NCBI GenBank assembly: GCA_942492635.1
Contig: CALOFP010000003.1
Span: 1,137,102 to 1,201,101, forward strand
Source: an uncultured bacterium
GTDB taxonomy: Bacteria > UBP6 > UBA1177 > CALOFP01
Reading direction: 5' to 3'
DNA: 64,000 bases
Shown piece by piece: positions 39,794 to 48,491 of this stretch. The stretch's first letter is position 1. The number at the start of each line of letters is the position of its first letter. A model generated the notes under the pieces. That model saw nothing but the letters and a program-made list of their open reading frames with translations. It made no database searches and was not told where the DNA came from. A program made the translations under genes and the position numbers.

Positions 39794-42700
39794 ATGAAAT
39801 GTTTTAATTTTCTAATTGCAGTCATTGCAATTTTCTCCATCATCGCGTGTGGAGAAGGCAGCTCAAAAAAGGAAGAAGTTTCCGACAGTATTGTCTCGGA
39901 CTCCGACATTGAAGACAAATCAACGCAAAATGAAAAACCGGAACCAGAAGAGAAACCGGATGAAGATAAAAAACAGGACGTAGATCCTGCAAACGATGAA
40001 GACGAAACAAAGCAGGATAACGATTCTATAATTGACGGAGACAACATTTCTGATGATGAAGACAAAGAAGCGGTTCCTGATTATGACGAAAAGAGTGACG
40101 AAGATATCGTAAAACCCGATCCATGCAAAGATGTTACCTGTGGAAACAACGGAACATGTTCCGTGAAAGATGATAGTACCACAGTCTGTACCTGCAACGC
40201 AGGTTTTATTAACGATAAGACAGATGCGATGAACTGTATCGCTGATCCGTGTAAGAATCAGAATTGTGGTGGTAACGGTATTTGTTCCGTAAATGATGAC
40301 AACACTGCTGTATGTGCATGCAACACAGACTTCATTAATGACAAGACAGATACCATGAACTGCATTGCTGATCCGTGTAAGAATCAGAATTGTGGTGGGA
40401 ACGGAACCTGCTCCGTAGATGATGGAAACACTGCTGTCTGTACATGCAACACTTACTTTATTAATGATAAGACAGACGCAATGAACTGTATCGCTGATCC
40501 GTGTAAGAATCAAATTTGCGGTGGTAACGGTATTTGTTCTGTAAATGATGACAACACTGCTGTCTGTACATGCAACACTGACTTTATTAATGATAAGACT
40601 GACACAATGAACTGTATCGCTGACCCGTGTAAGGATCAGAATTGCGGTGGTAACGGTATTTGTTCTGTAAATGATGACAACACTGCTGTCTGTACATGCA
40701 ACACTGACTTTATTAATGATAAGACTGACGCAATGAACTGTATCGCCGATCCGTGTAAGAATCAGAATTGCGGTGGTAACGGTATTTGTTCAGTAAATGA
40801 TGACAACACTGCTGTCTGTACATGCAACACTGACTTTATTAATGATAAGACTGACGCAATGAACTGTATCGCTGACCCGTGTAAGAATCAGAATTGTGGT
40901 AACAATGGTACCTGTTCAGTGAAAGATGACAACACTGCAGTCTGCGGTTGCAACACTAACTTCATTAATGATAAGACTGACGCAATGAACTGTATCGCTG
41001 ACCCGTGTAAGGATCAGAATTGCGGTGGAAACGGTACCTGTTCAGTCAAAGATGACAACACTGCAGTCTGCGGTTGCAACACAGATTTCATTAACGACAA
41101 AACTAATGCTATGAACTGCATTCCTGACCCGTGTAAGGATCAGAATTGCGGTGGAAACGGCACCTGTTCTGTAGATGATTCCAATGCGGCTGTTTGCGGC
41201 TGCAACACAGGTTTCATACACGACAAAACTAATACGATGAACTGCATTGCCGATCCTTGTAAGAATCAGAATTGCGGAAACAACGGTACCTGTTCAGTGA
41301 AAGATGACAACACTGCAGTCTGCGGTTGCAACACAGATTTCATTAACGACAAAACTAATGCTATGAACTGCATTCCTGACCCGTGTAAGGATCAGAATTG
41401 CGGTGGAAACGGCACCTGTTCTGTAGATGATTCCAACACTGCAGTCTGCGGTTGCAACACTGACTTTATTAATGATAAGACTGACGCAATGAACTGTATC
41501 GCTGACCCGTGTAAGGATCAGATATGTGGTGGCAACGGAACTTGTTCTGTAGATAGTACGAATAACGCATCCTGCGGATGTAACGAAGGGTTCAAAAACG
41601 ATCCTGAAGATGCAATGAACTGTATCACTGACACTTGTCATAACCAAACATGCGGTGGAAACGGAACCTGCTCAATGAATGCAGAAGGTTATGCCATCTG
41701 CACATGCAGCCCGAATTTTATCAACGATAAAACAAATCCCCTCAACTGTATCGCCGATCCATGTGAAAATCAGACATGCGGAGGAAACGGAAGTTGTACT
41801 GTCGATAATTCCAACACTCCTGTCTGCGGTTGCAACCCAGATTACATCAATGACAAGACAAATGCCATGAACTGTATCGCAGATCCGTGTAAGAATCAGA
41901 ATTGTGGAAACAACGGTACCTGTTCTGTTGATGATTCCAATACCGCCGTTTGTTCCTGTAACACAGACTTCATTAATGACAAGACAGATCCGATGAACTG
42001 TATCGCAGATCCATGTAAGGATCAGAATTGCGGCGGAAACGGAAGTTGTAATGTAGATGATTCCAACAGTACCGTCTGCGGCTGTAACCTCAATTTCATA
42101 AAAGATAAAAATGACGACATGAACTGTATTGCAGATCCATGTCTTGATGAAAACTGCGGTGGAAACGGATTGTGCAGCGTAAACGATTCCAACCTTCCGG
42201 AGTGTGCATGCAACACTGGTTCAATTATTGACAAAACAGATCCTATGAACTGCATTGCAGATCCGTGTACGGGGCAGAATTGCGGTGGAAACGGAAGTTG
42301 TTCCGTAAATGATTCAAACACTGCTGTTTGCAGCTGTAATACCGACTTTATAAACGACAAGACAAATACTATGAACTGTATTGCGGATCCGTGTAAGGAT
42401 CAGACCTGCGGAGACAATGGAAATTGTACTGTAAATGATTCAAACACTGCTGTCTGCAATTGTAACACGGACTTCATAAACGATAAAACAAATGCTATGA
42501 ACTGTATTGCAGATCCGTGCAAGGATCAAACTTGCGGTAACAACGGAACTTGCAATATAGATGATTCCAACACTCCTGTATGCGACTGTAACACAGACTT
42601 CATAAACGATAAGACAAACGCAATGAACTGTATTGCGGATCCATGTAAAGATGAGAATTGCGGTGGAAACGGAAGTTGCTCTGTAAATGATTCGAATAAT

Positions 42701-45163
42701 GCTGTCTGCACATGCAACATTGACTTCATAAAAGACAAAACAGATGCCATGAACTGTATCGCAGATCCGTGTAAAGATGAGAATTGCAGTGGAAAAGGAA
42801 GCTGTACGGTAGATGATTCCAACAGCGCAGTCTGCGGCTGTATCCCAGGTTTCAAGAACGATCCTGCAGATGCAATGAGCTGTATCGCAGATCCTTGTCA
42901 CAATGTGGACTGCGGCGGAAACGGAACCTGTTCTGACAACGCCGGAACTGCTGAATGTGAATGCAACAACGGCTATATCAACGAAACAGGGAATGCTCTC
43001 AACTGCGTGGAGGGATACGCTTTCTTCAACCCCGACTTTGACCGGTGGGACAATGAAACACCAGGATCCGCAAAACCGACGGACTGGACACTCGACAGCA
43101 AAGCCGTATCCGAGAAAAGGACTGAGAATTCAAACAACTACCTCGTATTAAGTCATGCGTACAATCTCGTCGAAAACGTTATTTTCGCTACTAAACCCGT
43201 AGCTTGCGCTGATCACAAACCATCCGTAATTACTTTCAGAATGAATGCGGCAGGCAAAATCCAGCTCAAACTCAATGTCAACGGAACAGATCTTTTCTAT
43301 AAGCTTTCATCCGGATCAAATATCTTTTCGTACACCGGAACAGCTGAAGTCAGCGAAAACTATGTTACTTTCGGCAACGCCCTCAGCATCGGCAACGGCC
43401 AGGAATGGGAACAGTTCACCATCAAACTCGGGTCGGAGCTTGACGGATTGTGGCAGGAAGGTTCAACAATGACGCTCTCTCTTCTCAGAGGTCAGGATAA
43501 GACCTTTGTCGGATACATAGACGAATTCAGAATAGAGATGGAAAAACCTGAATGTCTCGAGAACAGCGATTGTACTGATGCGGAAAATCCGATCTGCGAC
43601 CTTGACAAAACCAGTCCTTCATTCTTGACCTGTCAGCCCAAACCGAGTTGTGAAGGCGTTTCAATCAAACAGATCAATCAGAATGACGGAGTAGCAATTG
43701 GCGATACCGTTACCATTTGTGAAGCTGTAATGATATCGGACAGGTTGGGCTATTCAAAAAACAGCGCATTCGTTACCGATCCCGACGGAGGAGATTTCGG
43801 CGGCATATTCCTTTATGGAAATGCTCTTAAAACATCAGAAATTAAAACCGGCGATATCGTTATGATTAAAGGCTCATACGCCGAGAACAACAACAACTCC
43901 CAGATTAATGTAACAGAAGTTGTAATACTTGAAGGCAATAAAACGTTTACGCCGAAGTCTGTTTCAAAAAGTGATATTCTCGACGGAAACGGCGAAAAAT
44001 ACGAAGGTATGCTGATCTCTATCGACGATGCGGTCATAGTTGATAACGCCAAGTACACAGATCTTGCAAACGGATACGTAACAATATCTAACAGTCCCGG
44101 AAAAACTCTTAACATTTCAAACAAGTGTTCCGTCATGGCAAAACCTGAAAAGAATGATTATTTCTCGACTATTACAGGAATTCTATTTCAACAGGACGAC
44201 ACATGGAATATCGCCCCGAGAAATGCAGATGAGATGGTAAAGGGTACCAATCCGTGCGACGCTCATACATGCATGGAAAACGCTTCGTGCTTTGTCGAAA
44301 ACCACACCTCAAAGTGTGCCTGCAATGCAGGTTACGAGTTTGATGAAAATGATGCATCCACATGTGTTCTCAAAGATCTCTGCGAAGGTGTTACCTGCGG
44401 AGATCACGGAACATGTTCTTTCGAGAACCTTGTTGTGAAATGTACATGTGAGGCGGATTACAAGAATGATGAAACAGATCCGCTCAACTGTGTAGAGGAC
44501 CTTTGTGCAAACGTAACTTGCGTAAACAGCTGGAATGAATGCAATCCGGCTTCCGGAGCATGCGACATTATCAAAGAAGGAATGTGCGAATCATCGGATA
44601 ATTGTCCAAGCCATGCACCGGAATGCAATGCGGAAACACATACATGCGAAATTCCTTCAGGAGGAAATTTCAACGTTATCCCCAACGGAAGTTTTGAAAA
44701 CTGGACCATTTCTACCCCCGGTGAATACCCTGAAGATTGGGGCGGAAGTAAAACAGCACTTCTCAACTGCAGTATTCTACCCATAAAAGAAAATGTCCAG
44801 GACGGCAACAATGTACTTCAATTTCAGAACACTTCGGGTTCAACAAGAAAAATCACTACAAAAGAAATCCCGGTCCTTGCCGCTGGAGAATATGAGATCA
44901 CTTATTTTGTCAAAGGCAATGGAGAGGAGACTGTCGGACTCTACTACAAGGAAACGCCGGAATCTTTAACGTTCAAGTCAAGCTATCGATCTTATGAACA
45001 AATAGATCAGGATACATGGCAAAAAAAGAGCTACACGTTCACACTGGAAAGAGATGTTTTTAATATTCAATTTTCAATCTGGGGCAAATATACCAACTAC
45101 ACACTCGACAATACATTCCAAACACATCTGCTTTTTGACAATTTTTCATGTATTAAAAAGTAA
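39794..45163 (+). CDS. Modular surface lipoprotein, family member 3 (1789 aa): 23 tandem EGF-like units, jelly-roll-like domain, OB-like segment, 2 EGF-like units, Cys-knot, C-terminal jelly-roll-like domain (no LTD)
   Basis: The signal and lipobox read MKCFNFLIAVIAIFSIIACG. There are 23 units of the type DPCKxQNCGGNGxCSVxDxNTAVCxCNTDFINDKTxAMNCIA. The remaining modules are collinear with member 2, and the protein ends in FSCIKK. Confidence 0.85.
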   Translation: MKCFNFLIAVIAIFSIIACGEGSSKKEEVSDSIVSDSDIEDKSTQNEKPEPEEKPDEDKKQDVDPANDEDETKQDNDSIIDGDNISDDEDKEAVPDYDEKSDEDIVKPDPCKDVTCGNNGTCSVKDDSTTVCTCNAGFINDKTDAMNCIADPCKNQNCGGNGICSVNDDNTAVCACNTDFINDKTDTMNCIADPCKNQNCGGNGTCSVDDGNTAVCTCNTYFINDKTDAMNCIADPCKNQICGGNGICSVNDDNTAVCTCNTDFINDKTDTMNCIADPCKDQNCGGNGICSVNDDNTAVCTCNTDFINDKTDAMNCIADPCKNQNCGGNGICSVNDDNTAVCTCNTDFINDKTDAMNCIADPCKNQNCGNNGTCSVKDDNTAVCGCNTNFINDKTDAMNCIADPCKDQNCGGNGTCSVKDDNTAVCGCNTDFINDKTNAMNCIPDPCKDQNCGGNGTCSVDDSNAAVCGCNTGFIHDKTNTMNCIADPCKNQNCGNNGTCSVKDDNTAVCGCNTDFINDKTNAMNCIPDPCKDQNCGGNGTCSVDDSNTAVCGCNTDFINDKTDAMNCIADPCKDQICGGNGTCSVDSTNNASCGCNEGFKNDPEDAMNCITDTCHNQTCGGNGTCSMNAEGYAICTCSPNFINDKTNPLNCIADPCENQTCGGNGSCTVDNSNTPVCGCNPDYINDKTNAMNCIADPCKNQNCGNNGTCSVDDSNTAVCSCNTDFINDKTDPMNCIADPCKDQNCGGNGSCNVDDSNSTVCGCNLNFIKDKNDDMNCIADPCLDENCGGNGLCSVNDSNLPECACNTGSIIDKTDPMNCIADPCTGQNCGGNGSCSVNDSNTAVCSCNTDFINDKTNTMNCIADPCKDQTCGDNGNCTVNDSNTAVCNCNTDFINDKTNAMNCIADPCKDQTCGNNGTCNIDDSNTPVCDCNTDFINDKTNAMNCIADPCKDENCGGNGSCSVNDSNNAVCTCNIDFIKDKTDAMNCIADPCKDENCSGKGSCTVDDSNSAVCGCIPGFKNDPADAMSCIADPCHNVDCGGNGTCSDNAGTAECECNNGYINETGNALNCVEGYAFFNPDFDRWDNETPGSAKPTDWTLDSKAVSEKRTENSNNYLVLSHAYNLVENVIFATKPVACADHKPSVITFRMNAAGKIQLKLNVNGTDLFYKLSSGSNIFSYTGTAEVSENYVTFGNALSIGNGQEWEQFTIKLGSELDGLWQEGSTMTLSLLRGQDKTFVGYIDEFRIEMEKPECLENSDCTDAENPICDLDKTSPSFLTCQPKPSCEGVSIKQINQNDGVAIGDTVTICEAVMISDRLGYSKNSAFVTDPDGGDFGGIFLYGNALKTSEIKTGDIVMIKGSYAENNNNSQINVTEVVILEGNKTFTPKSVSKSDILDGNGEKYEGMLISIDDAVIVDNAKYTDLANGYVTISNSPGKTLNISNKCSVMAKPEKNDYFSTITGILFQQDDTWNIAPRNADEMVKGTNPCDAHTCMENASCFVENHTSKCACNAGYEFDENDASTCVLKDLCEGVTCGDHGTCSFENLVVKCTCEADYKNDETDPLNCVEDLCANVTCVNSWNECNPASGACDIIKEGMCESSDNCPSHAPECNAETHTCEIPSGGNFNVIPNGSFENWTISTPGEYPEDWGGSKTALLNCSILPIKENVQDGNNVLQFQNTSGSTRKITTKEIPVLAAGEYEITYFVKGNGEETVGLYYKETPESLTFKSSYRSYEQIDQDTWQKKSYTFTLERDVFNIQFSIWGKYTNYTLDNTFQTHLLFDNFSCIKK
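40118..43015 (+). repeat. 23 x 126-bp in-frame tandem repeat (42-aa, 6-Cys EGF-like unit)
   Basis: I counted the units from the translation. Several adjacent units are nearly identical at DNA level, and 41051-41184 is repeated exactly at 41303-41436 (offset 252 bp, or 2 units). Confidence 0.9.
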
Positions 45164-45299
45164 TCAATTCTGACATAGCAATTTCAAAATAATTTTGAAT
45201 CTTCTTCAGAACTTGGGTTTGGAGGCCGAAAAATTAATCAGGTAATTTATCACTTTGCCATTTCTAGTTATCATACGATCAAATTTCCCTCTCCTGTTT

Positions 45300-45322
45300 C
45301 CTCCCCTTCTCGGAAGGGGAGG
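45300..45322 (+). terminator. Stem-loop (10-bp stem, 3-nt loop), possible terminator; also the left boundary of repeat copy B
   Basis: The sequence is CCTCCCCTTC-TCG-GAAGGGGAGG followed by ATTTTA. It lies 137 nt after the stop of 39794..45163. Confidence 0.5.
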
Positions 45323-45329
45323 ATTTTAA

Positions 45330-45592
45330 ATGCTTATTCACAAATGCAAAAATACCGTTTCCGTTCCCAATCCGAACTCAAAAAAATATCGTGCTCGATT
45401 CAGCCACTGGGATGATGAAATTATTTGTTTATTGGTGCAAAGAGCCGCCAAATCGGTCTCAAAAAAATTAATACGATCCCATCAGCCGTTATTTCAGCCT
45501 TTATATCTTTAATTTCCTGAATTCAGAGACTGTGACGATAAATTTATTTCTTTTCATTGGATTTTAACGGCTGGATTGATCGGGATATTTGT
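45330..45592. repeat. Dispersed intergenic repeat, copy B (full length ~260 bp)
   Basis: It aligns by eye end to end with 57952-58215, from ATGCTT.TT.A.AAATG.AAAAAT.CCG.TTCCGT..CCAATCCGA.CTCAAAA to TTTTAACGGCTGGATTGATCGGGATATTT versus TTTTTACGGCCGGAATCGCCTGGATATTT. Confidence 0.75.
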
Positions 45593-45627
45593 TTCATGAT
45601 AAATTCAGGCTCTTCTTCAGGTAATCT

Positions 45628-45657
45628 CTCCCCTTATTGTAAGGGGAGGAGCTTTTT
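45628..45657 (+). terminator. Stem-loop plus T-run, related in sequence to the 45300 hairpin
   Basis: The sequence is CTCCCCTTA-TTG-TAAGGGGAG followed by GAGCTTTTT. It lies between repeat copy B and the 3' end of the convergent gene 45694..47463. Confidence 0.55.
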
Positions 45658-45693
45658 AATACAGACCCTCAAACAAATAAAAAAAGTTGTCGT

Positions 45694-47463
45694 CTACTCG
45701 CACTCTTCTTCAGATTCCTTCAGGTGAATGTTTCCGAAAAAACTTACGATTTCATCCATTTCAAAGGAGTCTGCGAAGAATTTTATTCTTGAATCCTTTT
45801 CGGGGTCGGTCACCATTTCAACACACTCCCGTATCCTTTTTCCCGTCTGGTTGTCGACAAATATTTTCACGATACCGAAACCTTTATCGGAAACTGATAT
45901 TTCATTTTCTCCGTTTTCCACTGTCTGAATGAGTTCTTCAACTGGAATCGGAAAAACTACTTTTCTTATAAGCCTTTCCGCTCCGTTTGTTTCAGCCAGA
46001 TAAGATTCATCCCCAATGTTTGCAAGGATAACTACACTTTCTGTTCCATCCACCTCTTTGAGAAAAATCTCCTCTATCATCTGTCCGGAATAGGTGGCTG
46101 CGTACCCGTCAACTCCTTTCAGGTCAAAGTACGCTGTGGGAAGAAGCATGTTCTGAATTGTTCCGGTAAATTCATCCAGGTAACCGGATATCCTGAAGGT
46201 TACAAAGTGCTCGCTGTCATTTTCAAAAAAGCTCTCTTCCGCTTCCCGGTGTTCCGGATAATCTATTTTATCTTTGTAGACTTCGTAAATTCTGTAGTTG
46301 AGGTTACTGAATTCACCGTAATTGACGGATGCGTTCTGGTTCACCATTACCGCGATTTTTTCATCGGGAAAATATGTAACCCAGGAGTTGAACACAAGCA
46401 TGTTGCCGCCGTGTCCCCATGAAAGAATCTGCTTGATTACGGATTTCATAACCCCGAGACCGTAATCCGCCGCTTCTGCCTCTCCGGATGGAAAATCAAC
46501 CATCATTTCAACGGATTCTTCCTCAAGAATTTCTCCGTTGAAAAGTGCATAGACAAATCTCGCCACATCCCCTGAAGATGCAAAGATATCTCCGGATGCC
46601 ATTTTCTGGGCATAGACGTAATCTTCTATGGGGTAGCTGTAAAACTCCCCTTCGTAAAAAACGTGACCCGTTACATCATCCGGTCTCTCTTCCAGCGCGA
46701 AATAGGTCTGTTTCAGCTCAAGAGGGTCCAGAATTATCTCCCGAATAAGATCTCTGTAGCTCTTATGGGTGACTTTCTCACAGATTGCCGCAAGAATTGC
46801 GTAGTGCATGTTTGAATAGCTGAATCTCGTACCCGGATTAGTGACGTAGGGAGCCTTTATCGCGAGAAATGTTTCCGCAACTTCCTGCACCGAGCTGAAC
46901 ACGGTCTTATTGTTCTTCATTTCGGGGACGAGCTCCTCTCTTGGCATTGCGGCTGTGTGATTGAGGAGCATTTTCAAAGTTACTTCATCCGCCTTAAGCG
47001 CATCGGGATACCACCGGGACATTTTGTCCTCTAGAGAAATCTGACCCTCTTCAATCAGCTTCATAACGACGGTGGCCGTATACAATTTTGTAATACTTGC
47101 GACGTTTATGGTGTTCTCGGCTTTAAGAAGCGTACTGCTTTCAAGATCCCTGTATCCAGCAACTGCATTTATCGAATTTTTACCGTCGTATACTGAAACG
47201 GATATTCCGGCTCCCATGCTGAAGTATAGTTGTTCATTTGTAAGATTTTTGATGGCCTTCTCAATTCTGGAATCCGTCTGGGCCGGAGTGCTTTCCCCAT
47301 CGTCAAGTTCACCGTCCGGCTCCTCCGAATCATCGGAAATGATCGCCTGGAGAGAATCGGTGTCGGGAATGTTGTTTCCTTTTTCCTCAGAACTGTTCTC
47401 AGTCCCATCAGAACATGAAATAAAAACCAGTAAAATCAAGGCAACAAAGGCAAACCTCTTCAT
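45694..47463 (-). CDS. Serine hydrolase of the beta-lactamase/PBP4-like (class C-type) fold, a lipoprotein with an extra C-terminal domain
   Basis: The ATG at 47463 follows GGAGG, and the lipobox is LVFISCS. Motifs present: SxxK (ASITKLY), YxN (FSYSNMHY) and a later WGHGGN. About 200 additional C-terminal residues are of unknown fold. Confidence 0.75.
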   Translation of the reverse strand: MKRFAFVALILLVFISCSDGTENSSEEKGNNIPDTDSLQAIISDDSEEPDGELDDGESTPAQTDSRIEKAIKNLTNEQLYFSMGAGISVSVYDGKNSINAVAGYRDLESSTLLKAENTINVASITKLYTATVVMKLIEEGQISLEDKMSRWYPDALKADEVTLKMLLNHTAAMPREELVPEMKNNKTVFSSVQEVAETFLAIKAPYVTNPGTRFSYSNMHYAILAAICEKVTHKSYRDLIREIILDPLELKQTYFALEERPDDVTGHVFYEGEFYSYPIEDYVYAQKMASGDIFASSGDVARFVYALFNGEILEEESVEMMVDFPSGEAEAADYGLGVMKSVIKQILSWGHGGNMLVFNSWVTYFPDEKIAVMVNQNASVNYGEFSNLNYRIYEVYKDKIDYPEHREAEESFFENDSEHFVTFRISGYLDEFTGTIQNMLLPTAYFDLKGVDGYAATYSGQMIEEIFLKEVDGTESVVILANIGDESYLAETNGAERLIRKVVFPIPVEELIQTVENGENEISVSDKGFGIVKIFVDNQTGKRIRECVEMVTDPEKDSRIKFFADSFEMDEIVSFFGNIHLKESEEECE

Positions 47464-47762
47464 TAAAACCTCCAAAACAAAAGATTAATGTTAAACATTG
47501 CAGTCTATATTTGTGGATATCTAATAAAGATAAAGCAAGTGCTGTGCTAAACTTTTTTTAGAAGTGTTTTTAAAGCGTTAACTTACACTTCGACACTGTT
47601 TTACAACCGACTGACACTTTGTGGACGTTGTGGACACGATGGACTTCGGGGACGCTACCGACTGTTTGTATTTTATGGTTGAAGGAGCGCGAGGGAGAGA
47701 ATTTTTGACTACGACTCTGACAATCCTTAGAATGGCTCGGTAACATTTCATTGGGGGAAATA

Positions 47763-48158
47763 ATGATTTTGAAACCGAATTTTCTGAAGATCGCATTAAA
47801 CATAAGCGTGGTTCCCGTCGCCCTGCTTATCGGGCTTCTTTTAAGCGGACAGTCGCTGAACTGGTTGATTTTAGGTGCTGTAACAGGTGCGTACCTTCTT
47901 TTTTGGATTGTTTCCTACGCCATATCTTTCCGAAAGATCTATGTTGAAAATAAAATGCTCGTGGGACCTTTCGGGAAATTCGGAAGAAAAGAGTCCATTC
48001 CCGTTACAAGGGTTTCTGCAATCAAGGTTGAGAAAAACAGACTGATTTTTCAATTCAAGGATAAGACATCCCTGGCTGTGAGAATCAGGGATTACAGCAT
48101 AAATGATGTTGCAGTCTTCATAAAAGAGTTCGAGATGCTTTATCTCGACATCGACTGA
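47763..48158 (+). CDS. Small membrane protein (two TM helices plus a ~70-aa soluble tail), unknown function
   Basis: The ATG at 47763 follows GGGGGAA. The hydrophobic segments are ALNISVVPVALLIGLLL and WLILGAVTGAYLLFWIVSYAI. Confidence 0.5.
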   Translation: MILKPNFLKIALNISVVPVALLIGLLLSGQSLNWLILGAVTGAYLLFWIVSYAISFRKIYVENKMLVGPFGKFGRKESIPVTRVSAIKVEKNRLIFQFKDKTSLAVRIRDYSINDVAVFIKEFEMLYLDID

Positions 48159-48407
48159 TCTTTTCAGGGTTAGAACGGAAAACACATGCTATCAATTCCG
48201 TTACGATTTGAATTAATATTAATTTTCTAAAACTAAACTAAGCTTCAATTATTTATTTAAAAACCATCCAAAACCTGAAAACATTCATCGATAAATTAAA
48301 AGAAATAGTTATATTTATGCGAATCAATATTCAACTCAGAATATTTATCTGCATAAAATGCAAATAGTTACTGCAACTTTTAATTTCACCAAACCCTTTT
48401 ATTTTAC

Positions 48408-48413
48408 TTGACA
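48408..48413 (+). promoter_or_regulatory. TTGACA -35-like hexamer conserved 84 nt upstream of the start codon
   Basis: TTTTACTTGACAA occurs here and at 52829-52841. Both copies lie 84 nt before their ATG, and the leaders also share TTTTTTGGAGGT.ATTAATGATTC. No clear -10 box was identified. Confidence 0.4.
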
Positions 48414-48491
48414 ATTAACCTTCAAAACACAATTCTTTACTGCTATTTAATTAAAAACATCCCTTTTTTAACATTTTTTTGGAGGTTATTA

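Noticed and set aside
33597-45163. Annotation of the LTD/OB-containing lipoproteins as extracellular nucleases
   Set aside because: I could not recognise an endonuclease/exonuclease/phosphatase, NUC or SNase-type catalytic segment. Everything between the modules is accounted for by EGF-like, Cys-knot and jelly-roll-like sequence.
45330-45512. 60-aa ORF (MLIHKCKNTV...)
   Set aside because: It lies within dispersed repeat copy B, and the homologous copy at 57952 has a stop after four codons. The sequence is therefore conserved as DNA/RNA, not as protein.
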